Shown: piece by piece, positions 41,187 through 49,673 of the stretch
Layout: each line of letters begins with the position of its first letter
Numbering within the stretch: position 1 is the first letter of the stretch
Origin: an uncultured Planctomycetota bacterium
Lineage (GTDB): Bacteria > Planctomycetota > Planctomycetia > Gemmatales > Gemmataceae
Assembly (NCBI GenBank): GCA_963849325.1
Contig: CAWKHF010000005.1
Coordinates: 1-64,000, forward strand
Length of the DNA: 64,000 nucleotides
Direction: 5' to 3'
The notes under the pieces: model-generated
Databases searched by the model: none
What the model was told of the DNA's origin: nothing
What the model saw: only the letters and a program-made list of their open reading frames with translations
Made by a program: the position numbers and the translations under genes

Positions 41187-42782
41187 ATGCGTCCGAGCAC
41201 TGACGACCAGATTATTTCCCTGTTCATCATCGCTGCTGTCGTGGCCATCATCTTTTTCCGCCACCGCCGCTGGCGTGGATCTGGAACGGCCTTCGGGACA
41301 TCGGCATTTATGAGCGACAAGGCGCTTCGTGCCGCCGGGATGCTGACTGGCACAGGGCTTGTCCTGGGACGCACCTTCAAGGGCGAACTCATTCGTCTGC
41401 GTGACTATTTTGCCGTCCTACTCTGCGGCACCCCAGGATCGGGTAAGGGAATCGGAATCATCATCCCTAACCTGCTTGCCTATCGGCGTGGCTCGATCAT
41501 GGTTTTCGACACCAAAGGCGATCTCTACGAGACGACGGCGGGACCACGTGCCGCCTGGGGAGAATGCATCCGCCGGCTTGCACCGTTCAACGGAGGTGAG
41601 GACGCATTTAACCCTCTTGACACGATTCCCAGTGACAGCCCGACGCTCGTGGACTCGGCACGCGCGCTTGCAGAGGCGCTGGTAGTTCGCCAGGGAACGG
41701 AGCCCGATCCCTATTGGAACGACAAGTCCGTCCAGGTGATTTGCGCCGTACTGGTCCTCGTACTGCTGCGGTTCACGGGCGAAGACCGCAACCTTAGCAC
41801 GGTACAGGAAATTGTAAGCGATCCCGACCTGTTGAAAGCCGCGTCCAGCATGCTGCAAGACATTGGTGGCATTCCCGGACGGCTTGGGGCGCAGTTGAAA
41901 ACTCATTTCGACAAAGCGACCTCGGCATTAACCAAGGAAGGCACCAGCGTGTTGGGCTGTGTAACCCGCCATTTATCTTTCCTGGATTCAGAGCTGGTTG
42001 CAAAGGCCATTGCCAGCAGTACGTTCGACCCGGCTGAGTTGCGTAAGCCTGGCATCACGCTGTTCTTGCAGATACCTCCCGACCAGCTGGAAGCCCAGAA
42101 AGGGTTGCTTCGCTGCTGGGTTACCGCCCTGGTGCGCGTGATAGGCGCTGTCGGCGATGAGCGGGACGGTGAAACCCTGTTCCTGCTGGACGAAGCGTCG
42201 GCGCTGGGCTCACTCCCGGCAATCGAAGAAGCGATGGTACGCGGACGTAGCGCGGGTATCCGGCTGCTCATGGCGTACCAGTCGGACAGCCAGATTACCA
42301 CGGCCTTCAAAGGTAAGCCCAGCCTGCTTTACGATAATTGTTCCGCGCAAATCTACCTCGGCGCTCCCAGCAGTTACGAGACCGCTGAGCGACTTTCTAA
42401 GTCTCTAGGGGCCTGGACACAGGTTATCGAACAGTACAGCGAAAACGAATCGCACTCGTGGCAGGCGGGCTCCATGTCGTCGGAGGGCGGCCAGGCGAGC
42501 CGTGGCAGTTCCCTGAGCTACTCGGAAACCGAGAGATCCCTCAAACGGCCAGAAGAGCTACTTCAACAAAGCAACGATCGCGTCATCGTGCTGCAACGCG
42601 GAAGCTTGCCAATCCTGGCGAACCGCGTGAAGTGGTACGCGGACCCGGAGTTCAATCCCGCATTGCCACGGCAACGCAAGCCTTGGTTCCGGTGGAACAC
42701 TGTGGGCTGGCAATGGCGGCTATGGGCAGCAGGCGTCCTCGCCTTGATCCTGTTGGGCCTGATTAACAGGTCGAATCACTGA
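41187..42782 (+). CDS. virD4: Type IV coupling protein (VirD4/TraG family)
   Basis: N-terminal TM helix, FGTSAF, Walker A GTPGSGKG, FDTKGD, FNPLD, Walker B LLDEASALG, YQSDSQ. Confidence 0.92.
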   Translation: MRPSTDDQIISLFIIAAVVAIIFFRHRRWRGSGTAFGTSAFMSDKALRAAGMLTGTGLVLGRTFKGELIRLRDYFAVLLCGTPGSGKGIGIIIPNLLAYRRGSIMVFDTKGDLYETTAGPRAAWGECIRRLAPFNGGEDAFNPLDTIPSDSPTLVDSARALAEALVVRQGTEPDPYWNDKSVQVICAVLVLVLLRFTGEDRNLSTVQEIVSDPDLLKAASSMLQDIGGIPGRLGAQLKTHFDKATSALTKEGTSVLGCVTRHLSFLDSELVAKAIASSTFDPAELRKPGITLFLQIPPDQLEAQKGLLRCWVTALVRVIGAVGDERDGETLFLLDEASALGSLPAIEEAMVRGRSAGIRLLMAYQSDSQITTAFKGKPSLLYDNCSAQIYLGAPSSYETAERLSKSLGAWTQVIEQYSENESHSWQAGSMSSEGGQASRGSSLSYSETERSLKRPEELLQQSNDRVIVLQRGSLPILANRVKWYADPEFNPALPRQRKPWFRWNTVGWQWRLWAAGVLALILLGLINRSNH

Positions 42783-42811
42783 GGCAACAACAACACGAAA
42801 GGAGGTGCGAA

Positions 42812-43132
42812 ATGGCTCGGAAGATTGGTGAAGGGCACGTGGCAGCAATGGCCCGGCTGGGCCTCAAGGAACTGCGCAACGCGCTCAATCCGTCGCGTGA
42901 AAGCGTGGCCGACAACGAAATCGGCTTGGTCGGCACTGCAACGCAAGGGGAGATCGCCGATGCGCGGGACGGCCCCGGAAAAGGCTCGAACCAGGAATCG
43001 CGCGTCGGAAACGTGAGCCTTAATGATCTTCGTGCCTATGCGAAGGAGCTTTCGCAGGCCGAGGAGAGAAGCCGGGAACAAAGCAGAGAGCAAGTTCAGG
43101 AACGTGATCGAGGCGGGCACGAATTGGAGTAG
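42812..43132 (+). CDS. Hypothetical protein with charged SLxDLR...ELE tail
   Basis: RBS AAAGGAGGT; tail VSLNDLR..ERDRGGHELE. Confidence 0.8.
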   Translation: MARKIGEGHVAAMARLGLKELRNALNPSRESVADNEIGLVGTATQGEIADARDGPGKGSNQESRVGNVSLNDLRAYAKELSQAEERSREQSREQVQERDRGGHELE

Positions 43133-43170
43133 TGTCCGTTCAACCATAACTCGCCCACAAGGAGTTCGCT

Positions 43171-43323
43171 ATGTCCGGTGATTACTTTTTGTTTCTGGTC
43201 GTCTTCGTGAGTCTAGCCCTCATCGGCTTCCGCAAGTTTATGCGAAACGTCGATCCCGAAGGCAAGATCACAACGACTACGCGGGACGGCATCGTCGGGA
43301 AGATCGGCAAGTGGCTGTCGTAA
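43171..43323 (+). CDS. Micro membrane protein A1 (50 aa)
   Basis: Manual translation MSGDYFLFLVVFVSLALIGFRKFMRNVDPEGKITTTTRDGIVGKIGKWLS; RBS AAGGAG. Confidence 0.8.
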   Translation: MSGDYFLFLVVFVSLALIGFRKFMRNVDPEGKITTTTRDGIVGKIGKWLS

Positions 43324-43388
43324 CTGTGCGGCGGGGGCGCGCGCCCCTGCTGTTCTTCAACCTCAATTTCGCCCAGAAGGAGTTTCTT

Positions 43389-43544
43389 ATGGATGGTGGA
43401 AATGTATGGGGCTACCTGTTCCTGTTCGGACTGGTACTCCTCGGCCTTCGCAAGATGTGGAGCGCGTTTGATTCCGGCGGCAAGGTCAAGAGTGCCGCCC
43501 AGAATGGTCTGGCTGGCTGGATCAGCAGCCTGTTCAAGCTGTAA
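43389..43544 (+). CDS. Micro membrane protein A2 (51 aa), paralogue of A1
   Basis: MDGGNVWGYLFLFGLVLLGLRKMWSAFDSGGKVKSAAQNGLAGWISSLFKL; RBS AAGGAG. Confidence 0.8.
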   Translation: MDGGNVWGYLFLFGLVLLGLRKMWSAFDSGGKVKSAAQNGLAGWISSLFKL

Positions 43545-43602
43545 CCCACGGCGGCGGGGTGCGCTCAACCCCGCCGCCTCTTACAAGAAAGCGAGGTGAT
43601 TC

Positions 43603-43791
43603 GTGGACTTCGTTGGGATTATTTTCTTCTCGCTCTACGCGGGCATCTGCGCCCTGTTCGGGGCCGGATACTACCACTTCGCATGGGGAGTGGGAACGAT
43701 GAAGCGCGAACTGGCAGAAGCTCGCGAGAAGCTCACCGCGCTGCAGAAGTGCAGCGGCACAACGGCAAATGACGCCGTGAAAGCGGCGTGA
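43603..43791 (+). CDS. Micro membrane protein B1 (TM plus coiled coil)
   Basis: RBS GAGGTG; TM helix then MKRELAEAREKL. Confidence 0.8.
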   Translation: MDFVGIIFFSLYAGICALFGAGYYHFAWGVGTMKRELAEAREKLTALQKCSGTTANDAVKAA

Positions 43792-43849
43792 ATGTTTGGA
43801 GGCGGGGCACGCTAGCCCCGCTTCCTCTTACAAGAAAGTGAGGTGATAC

Positions 43850-44017
43850 ATGGTGCTGTTTATTGCGTTGCTTCCTACCCTCGTCGGCGCCGCGATGCTT
43901 GTCATCGGCGTTGCAATGCTGATCCGTGAACAAGGACAGAAGGAGCGGAAGATGGCCGAGCTGGAAGCTGAACTGGCCGAAGCCAAGGAAAAGACCGGTG
44001 CGCAGAAGGCTGAGTGA
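43850..44017 (+). CDS. Micro membrane protein B2 (55 aa)
   Basis: Manual translation MVLFIALLPTLVGAAMLVIGVAMLIREQGQKERKMAELEAELAEAKEKTGAQKAE; RBS GAGGTG. Confidence 0.8.
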   Translation: MVLFIALLPTLVGAAMLVIGVAMLIREQGQKERKMAELEAELAEAKEKTGAQKAE

Positions 44018-44069
44018 TGGTGCGGGGCACGCCCATCCCGCGTTCTCCAAGAAAGTGAGGGAAGTTCAG

Positions 44070-44213
44070 ATGGAAGGTTTCATTGTCTGCGTCGTGGTCG
44101 CTGCTATCGTTTGGGCGATCTTTATCCGCAACGGACTCAGGGACGAGCGGAAGATGGCTGAGCAGGAAGCCGAACTGGCGGAAGCCAAGCAAAAGCTGGC
44201 TGCCAAGCAGTGA
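44070..44213 (+). CDS. Micro membrane protein B3 (47 aa)
   Basis: MEGFIVCVVVAAIVWAIFIRNGLRDERKMAEQEAELAEAKQKLAAKQ; RBS GAGGG. Confidence 0.8.
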   Translation: MEGFIVCVVVAAIVWAIFIRNGLRDERKMAEQEAELAEAKQKLAAKQ

Positions 44214-44265
44214 GGAAAGGACGGGGCCGCCCAGCCCCACCTCCTTTTCTTCCGGAGGAAATGCG

Positions 44266-44796
44266 ATGAGTAACAAACACGCGAAACTCGCCGAGCAGTT
44301 GTTGTCGGTGCGGGCGACCACCCGCAGCTTGGTCACGAGCATGCTGACCGATAACTGGCCGAGTGATGCGGCCGTCGTCGATTTTGGTGTCGATAGCCGG
44401 AAACACTACGAAGCGCTGTGCTTCCCGATCCGCGAAGCGGAAATCATGCCGAAGGAGCTGGATGCAGCTTTAGGTGACGGAATGCGGCTCACCACACTGA
44501 CACGGAACGCGGATAGCAATCCGCACAAGGATGTGGAATTCCACACGGCGATGGATTTGATACTTGGGCGGAACGACAAAACTGCGACCCGCACCATTCA
44601 TCTTTCCCCTCCAGATGCTGCCGATTTCTGGCGGTGTCAGGGCCTGAGTCCTCCCTGGGAAACGCAGGCCGGGCTGCATCGGTCTGCTCCAACAGCAGAA
44701 GACGGGAAAATTTCGCTGGGAGATTTGCGGACCCGATCACAGGAGCGCGAGAGCGGGGAAGCTCAGCGAAGTAAGTCGATGGAGTTTGAACGGTAA
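44266..44796 (+). CDS. Hypothetical protein with SLxDLR...EFER tail
   Basis: RBS GGAGG; tail ISLGDLRTRSQERESGEAQRSKSMEFER. Confidence 0.75.
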   Translation: MSNKHAKLAEQLLSVRATTRSLVTSMLTDNWPSDAAVVDFGVDSRKHYEALCFPIREAEIMPKELDAALGDGMRLTTLTRNADSNPHKDVEFHTAMDLILGRNDKTATRTIHLSPPDAADFWRCQGLSPPWETQAGLHRSAPTAEDGKISLGDLRTRSQERESGEAQRSKSMEFER

Positions 44797-44849
44797 GGCG
44801 GTCGGGCCAAGCGACGGCGCCTATAGCCCGTTGAAAGGAACCGAGAGAC

Positions 44850-45209
44850 ATGCGCAAGGAACAGGAACCGCAGGCCGGCGGAAGCTGGCTTGAGAAGAAG
44901 CTAGCCACGATGGACGCGATCTATCGCAGGTTTGGACGCGATGGTCTCAAGGACCATTCCGTGGCCGATGTGGGCCTGCTGCTGTCGTCGAAGGAGCTTC
45001 AGCTCGGGGATGCAGCCAAGGGCCGTGACCTTGGCGAAGATCAGAAAGCGGCGAACCGACAGCTAGCGCTGGAGATCAAAGACCTGACTGCCTACATCAA
45101 GGGCCAGCTTGTTGGCTTGAGCCTTTCTGACCTGCGCTCATTCCGGCAACCTGATCGCCCGCGCGAGCACGAGCCGCAGAAGCGCCGGGATGTTGAGTTG
45201 GAGAGATAA
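44850..45209 (+). CDS. Hypothetical protein with SLxDLR...ELER tail
   Basis: RBS AAAGGA; tail LSLSDLRSFRQPDRPREHEPQKRRDVELER. Confidence 0.75.
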   Translation: MRKEQEPQAGGSWLEKKLATMDAIYRRFGRDGLKDHSVADVGLLLSSKELQLGDAAKGRDLGEDQKAANRQLALEIKDLTAYIKGQLVGLSLSDLRSFRQPDRPREHEPQKRRDVELER

Positions 45210-45211
45210 CG

Positions 45212-45559
45212 ATGAATACCAACGCGAAAAACCGCTGGGCCGACATCTGGCAAGCAGAATGTGAACGGGCCGCTTTCCATGCCGCTGCCTTGCTGCGCAT
45301 CGCGCGAATGTATCCGAGCAAAGCGGCGATCCTGGAAATCATCCGCACCGCGCCTCGGTCACCGGATGAGGAACAGGACCCGGAGACATCTCCGTTCTTT
45401 CGCTATGCGAGGGCCGCACGGACGATGGCCCAGTCTTGGGATGACGATCTACTTCGCAGTATTTGGGACTACTTCGTTCATCTGGCATCGATGAAACCGG
45501 CAAGGCGTGCATTCCTGGAGGCATCGCTTGCAGGTGTGCTGATCGGCGCGGAACAGTGA
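45212..45559 (+). CDS. Hypothetical protein
   Basis: Starts 2 bp after the preceding stop, same operon. Confidence 0.65.
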   Translation: MNTNAKNRWADIWQAECERAAFHAAALLRIARMYPSKAAILEIIRTAPRSPDEEQDPETSPFFRYARAARTMAQSWDDDLLRSIWDYFVHLASMKPARRAFLEASLAGVLIGAEQ

Positions 45560-45614
45560 GGCCCGGGAGCTGGGGCCAGGAGCGGGACTGGGGGATGGAG
45601 AGGTGAGGGCTGCA

Positions 45615-45926
45615 ATGAGCGTGCAAGAACAACTGGACAAAATCGAAAAACTGCTCCTCGTCCTGGTTGAGCGCCAGCAGGTGAGAGAGTGGTACACCAC
45701 TGAGCAGGCCGCCACGTTTCTGGGCAAGGGAGTCTATACGGTCAGGGAATGGTGCAGGAGGCACCGGGTGAATGCAACGAAAAAGGCAAGCGGCCGTGGC
45801 GGCTCCAAGTCATGGGCACTGTCACATACTGAATTGCTCCGAATCCAGCGCGAGGGCCTGTTGCCTGGCCGGCGCAGCGGGGCTGGCTTGCTAAGCCTGC
45901 TGAAATCTGAGGGAGAAGGGCTGTGA
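45615..45926 (+). CDS. Excisionase-like HTH (HTH_17) protein
   Basis: EWYTTEQAATFLGKGVYTVREWCR..SWALSHTEL. Confidence 0.8.
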   Translation: MSVQEQLDKIEKLLLVLVERQQVREWYTTEQAATFLGKGVYTVREWCRRHRVNATKKASGRGGSKSWALSHTELLRIQREGLLPGRRSGAGLLSLLKSEGEGL

Positions 45927-46879
45927 TCGAGACACTGACGCTGCAACTGATCATTGACAACCGTGGCGGTCTCCTGGCCGAGCTGCACGGGCGGCAGGCG
46001 ATTGCTCGCGACTACGTTCGCGGCGTGGCCCGCCAGTACGCCACGGGCGCGTACCTGTTCGGGCGGCCTGGAACCGCCAAGACACATACGGTGCGGGCCG
46101 TGCTGGAGCAGGAAATCCGGGAAATCTTCACCTACCAGCGCGGGCACATTACGCCGATGGGCCTGTTCGAGCTGATCGCCAGCCATCCGGATGAAGTGAT
46201 CGTCCTCGATGACCTAGGTGCCGTCCTGAAAAGCGACGTGGCGTTGCAAATCCTGTTGTCGGCTCTGGAGCACCCGAATTCGCGGGACCGCAGTCGCGTG
46301 GTCAAGTACCGGCGGCAGGGGCGGGAAGAGCGTGCCGTGTTCCGGGGAGGAATCGTCTGCATCTCCAACCGGGAATTACACGACGATGAGCTGCTCGGGG
46401 CGTTCAAAAGCCGGGTCCACACGCTTAATTATGACCCCACGGACGCCCAGCTCGGGGCACTGATGCTCGACATCGCAGACCGGGGCTGGCCAGGCGGATC
46501 GGCCAATCCCGAAATCACTGCCGACGCGGCCCGGATGGTCGCCCACTACCTGATCGGCGAAATGCTGCGGCTTTCCTGCCGGTTTGACCTGCGCCTGCTC
46601 GTCAACAAAGCCTTCCCCGATTACCAGCAATGGATGGATGGCGAGGCGGAATCCGACTGGCGTGACCTGATTACCGCGTCCATCGAGGAGCACCTGGTCG
46701 CCGTCAGGCATGCCGAGGAGTCGCCGGTGCCGCGCGAGGAACGCAAAAGCGAGGAGCATTCAATCTTGCAGGAGATCATGCGGGTTCATCCGTCTCGGGA
46801 AGATCGCGTGCGGGCCTGGATGGAACGGACTGGCAAGTCGGAGCGGGCCTTTTACCGGCGTCTGGCCGAGATGAAGTGA
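45923..46879 (+). CDS. P-loop NTPase with C-terminal HTH, possible replication protein
   Basis: Walker A GRPGTAKT, IVLDD, CISN, AFKSR; C-terminal GKSERAFYRRL; GTGA overlap. Confidence 0.75.
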   Translation: MIETLTLQLIIDNRGGLLAELHGRQAIARDYVRGVARQYATGAYLFGRPGTAKTHTVRAVLEQEIREIFTYQRGHITPMGLFELIASHPDEVIVLDDLGAVLKSDVALQILLSALEHPNSRDRSRVVKYRRQGREERAVFRGGIVCISNRELHDDELLGAFKSRVHTLNYDPTDAQLGALMLDIADRGWPGGSANPEITADAARMVAHYLIGEMLRLSCRFDLRLLVNKAFPDYQQWMDGEAESDWRDLITASIEEHLVAVRHAEESPVPREERKSEEHSILQEIMRVHPSREDRVRAWMERTGKSERAFYRRLAEMK

Positions 46880-46954
46880 CGTTTTGTGAAAGTGTCAAAC
46901 TGTCAATGTGGCAAAGGCCGGCGTCCAAGCCGGCTGCAACGGGGAGGAACTGCA

Positions 46955-47152
46955 ATGGCTGGGAGAAGTTTCAGCGAGGACTTCAGCAATGAAATGACGG
47001 GTAAGGCCATCATGTGGGGGCCTGCCATCGCGGGAGCCGCCCTACTGGGGCCAGCGGGCATCGCGCTCGGACTGCTAACTTCGGTCATCCTCGCGGCGTC
47101 TGGGGGCAGCAGCGACCCGGCGCCGAAAGACGGCGATCAATCGGGGGAGTAG
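46955..47152 (+). CDS. Small glycine-zipper-like membrane protein
   Basis: RBS GGGAGG; WGPAIAGAALLGPAGIALGLL. Confidence 0.6.
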   Translation: MAGRSFSEDFSNEMTGKAIMWGPAIAGAALLGPAGIALGLLTSVILAASGGSSDPAPKDGDQSGE

Positions 47153-47231
47153 CCGGGGTGGCGCGGGCCGATGAAGCGTTGGAATGGCGCGGATGGTCGT
47201 GAAGTAGGTTGGTTAGTTTTAAGGTGCGGCG

Positions 47232-47453
47232 ATGTTGTCGGCAAAGAATCAGCCTGATGACCTTGATGCCTATATGAACCTGGGCAGCAAGGAGATTGTC
47301 CGGCTGGTTTTGTTACTGCTGGTTGAGGAAGGGTTGCGGAAGCAGTTAGCCGCCTTCCGTGCGGAGGATTTGCCTACGGAGCCAGTCGAGGGCCAGGAAG
47401 AACTCGGCGCCGCTGGAAACGACGTAGTGCGGGTCCGCAACCGCGCGGGGTGA
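47232..47453 (+). CDS. Small hypothetical protein
   Basis: 73-aa ORF with RBS AAGGTG. Confidence 0.4.
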   Translation: MLSAKNQPDDLDAYMNLGSKEIVRLVLLLLVEEGLRKQLAAFRAEDLPTEPVEGQEELGAAGNDVVRVRNRAG

Positions 47454-47892
47454 ATCGGCAAGTAAGGAGCGGCGGAAAAAGGAAAGAATGACCCGCTGTG
47501 AACAGCGGTTTTTTCGTTTAAGTGCCCGGAGAGGCCGGGCATATGCGAGCGGCCAGGTCCAGCTTTTCCCTTTCTGGGTACCCGTTCACGGGTCGAGGGT
47601 GACAAGGTAGAGAGTGGGGCCCCGCGGTGAAGGTGCTTCCCAGCTACTTCGGTCGATGTGACCGCAGCAGATTGGCATAATTGCGGTGCGCGCGGAGGTG
47701 TTTCGGACAGTGTTTCGGACCGAAGCACGCTCTGAAGCCGTACATAGGGCGTTGTGCCAGAAACTGTTCGCACTCTGTCCTCGTTCTGATTAGCGCGCCT
47801 GACTTAGATTCTGCGCGCTCCTGGTACAGACCCGGCTGAGGGCCCCGGCCATCTGCTCACGGCTGTGGAAGCGAGTAATCCTCCCACCACCG

Positions 47893-48606
47893 CTACCGGG
47901 CGGCTGCCTTTTCCTCCTTCACCCCGAGGACAATCTCCACGGGAACCCACATCATCTTCCTTTCCGTGCTCTCGATGCGGAAGCCAGCGGCCTCCAAGGA
48001 CTGGCGGGCGAAGATCGGGCGGCAGTCCACCAGGTTGGGGAAATGCCGGTGGCTCCACTCGAAGGCGTGCAGGATGACACCGCCCTCGCCTTCCTTGGAA
48101 ACCCCGACGACCACGATCCGCCCCTCCTGCCGCAGGACGCGCTGGCACTCGGCCAGGACCTTGGGGATCTCCGGCGTATCGAACAGTTCCAGCGTAAAGC
48201 TCATGAAGATCGCGTCCACCAAATCCGACGGGTAGGGCAGCTGCACGGCGTCGCCACAGGTCAGCTCCACCCGGTCGGCCAGCCCTGCCTTGTGTAAGTT
48301 GTCCCGGGCCACGTCGAGCATTCGCTCTGAGAGATCGAGGCCATACACTTTGCCGGTCGGGCCGACGGATTGGGCCAGAGACACGAGGCTATGGCCGGTC
48401 CCGAAGCCGATTTCCAGCACCTTCTCCCCAGGCCGCGCGTCGAGTTTCTCCAGCCCGGCCCGGCGGACGGGCCCCTCGCTGTGCTCGGCTAGCAGGTCGT
48501 AGACGTGGCTGATTTTGTCGTAAAACGCCTTCGTCTCAGCCTTGGACTGGAAGACGCGCTGGATTTCCGGCTCGTCTGTAGCTTGGGTGGTCGCGGTTTG
48601 TGTCAT
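47893..48606 (-). CDS. Class I SAM-dependent methyltransferase (UbiE-like)
   Basis: VLEIGFGTG, GLDLSERML, GDAVQLPY, RVLRQEG. Confidence 0.9.
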   Translation of the reverse strand: MTQTATTQATDEPEIQRVFQSKAETKAFYDKISHVYDLLAEHSEGPVRRAGLEKLDARPGEKVLEIGFGTGHSLVSLAQSVGPTGKVYGLDLSERMLDVARDNLHKAGLADRVELTCGDAVQLPYPSDLVDAIFMSFTLELFDTPEIPKVLAECQRVLRQEGRIVVVGVSKEGEGGVILHAFEWSHRHFPNLVDCRPIFARQSLEAAGFRIESTERKMMWVPVEIVLGVKEEKAAAR

Positions 48607-48679
48607 CGTTCTCCCCTTTCGGTTTGTTCGCGCTCTGAGTTTTGCGCCATTGGGGCTCTGTCCGGGTTGCCCGCGGTCT

Positions 48680-49510
48680 CTAGGCTTCTTTCGCGGCATG
48701 ATACTCCCGGCGAATATGCTCAAGATCCACCGAGGGTGAAGGGAATTTCATGTCCAACCCTTCCAGGTATTCGACGACGATCCGTGCTATCGCGAGGTTC
48801 CGGAACCACTTGTGGTCGGACGGGATGACGAACCAGGGCGCCTGTTGGATACTGCAGCGGGACAGAACCTCCTCGTAAGCCGCCGTATAGTCGTCCCAGA
48901 ACTTGCGCTCCTTGTAGTCGGCCTCGCTAATCTTCCATTGCTTGGCCGGATCTTCGAGCCGCTCCTTGAAACGAGTCAGTTGCTCTTGCTTGGAAATGTG
49001 CAGGTAGAACTTGAGGATGTGGGTGTTGTCCTCGACGAGTCCCTGCTCGAACGCGTTAATCCGGTCGTATCGTTGGGACCAGACCGCTTGCGGGACCAGG
49101 TTGTGAACGCGGACGACGAGCACGTCCTCGTAGTGGGAGCGGTTGAAAATGGCCACTTCTCCCTTGGACGGCACGGCCCGGTGAATCCGCCACAAGAAGT
49201 CGTGTGCCAGTTCCTCAATAGTCGGCTGGCGGAACCCAACCACACGACAGCCCTGGGGGTTCATCGCTCCCAGGATGTGGCTGATCGTCCCGTCCTTGCC
49301 CCCCGTGTCCATCCCTTGCAAGCAGATCAGGAGGGAGCACCGTCCGTCCGCGTAGAGCAACTCTTGCAGCTCGCGCAGCTTTTTCCGGTCTTGCTCGATT
49401 TCCTCGGCCGCGTCCTTGTGGCTCTCGTGGTGGTCCTTGAACCTCGGATCGATGTCTTTGAGCTTTACTTTGCTGCCGGGTGCCACTTTGAACCGATTGA
49501 CATATTTCAC
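48680..49510 (-). CDS. ppk2: Polyphosphate kinase 2 family (class III-like)
   Basis: QGMDTGGKDG, HDFLWR, FNRSHYEDV, PSDHKWFRN. Confidence 0.93.
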   Translation of the reverse strand: MKYVNRFKVAPGSKVKLKDIDPRFKDHHESHKDAAEEIEQDRKKLRELQELLYADGRCSLLICLQGMDTGGKDGTISHILGAMNPQGCRVVGFRQPTIEELAHDFLWRIHRAVPSKGEVAIFNRSHYEDVLVVRVHNLVPQAVWSQRYDRINAFEQGLVEDNTHILKFYLHISKQEQLTRFKERLEDPAKQWKISEADYKERKFWDDYTAAYEEVLSRCSIQQAPWFVIPSDHKWFRNLAIARIVVEYLEGLDMKFPSPSVDLEHIRREYHAAKEA

Positions 49511-49673
49511 CTTGAGCCTCCTACCTGGATGCGAGCGTCATGCTAGATTTCGCAGGACGAAAATGGATTGCATTGCGATTGCGAGTTTCATCCACACGCA
49601 CACACGCCAGTACACCTCGCCCGCGGCAACTGACATTGAATCCGTGAGTTCGATCGGATTGTAACTTTGCACG

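Larger units (their letters stand above)
43328..44248 (+). repeat. Five related intergenic GC hairpins, three followed by a conserved CAAGAAAG(C/T)GAGG leader
   Basis: CGGGG..CCCC/CCCG stems at ~43328, 43550, 43798, 44022 and 44218; TCTTACAAGAAAGYGAGGTGAT at 43579 and 43826, TCTCCAAGAAAGTGAGG at 44044. Confidence 0.85.

Noticed and set aside
43328-44248. Intergenic hairpins as integron attC sites or CRISPR repeats
   Set aside because: No consistent RYYYAAC/GTTRRRY boxes, no IntI, and the intervening sequences are genes with RBSs.
47528-47540. CGGAGAGG as the second att copy of tRNA-Ser
   Set aside because: Only an 8-bp match, expected by chance.
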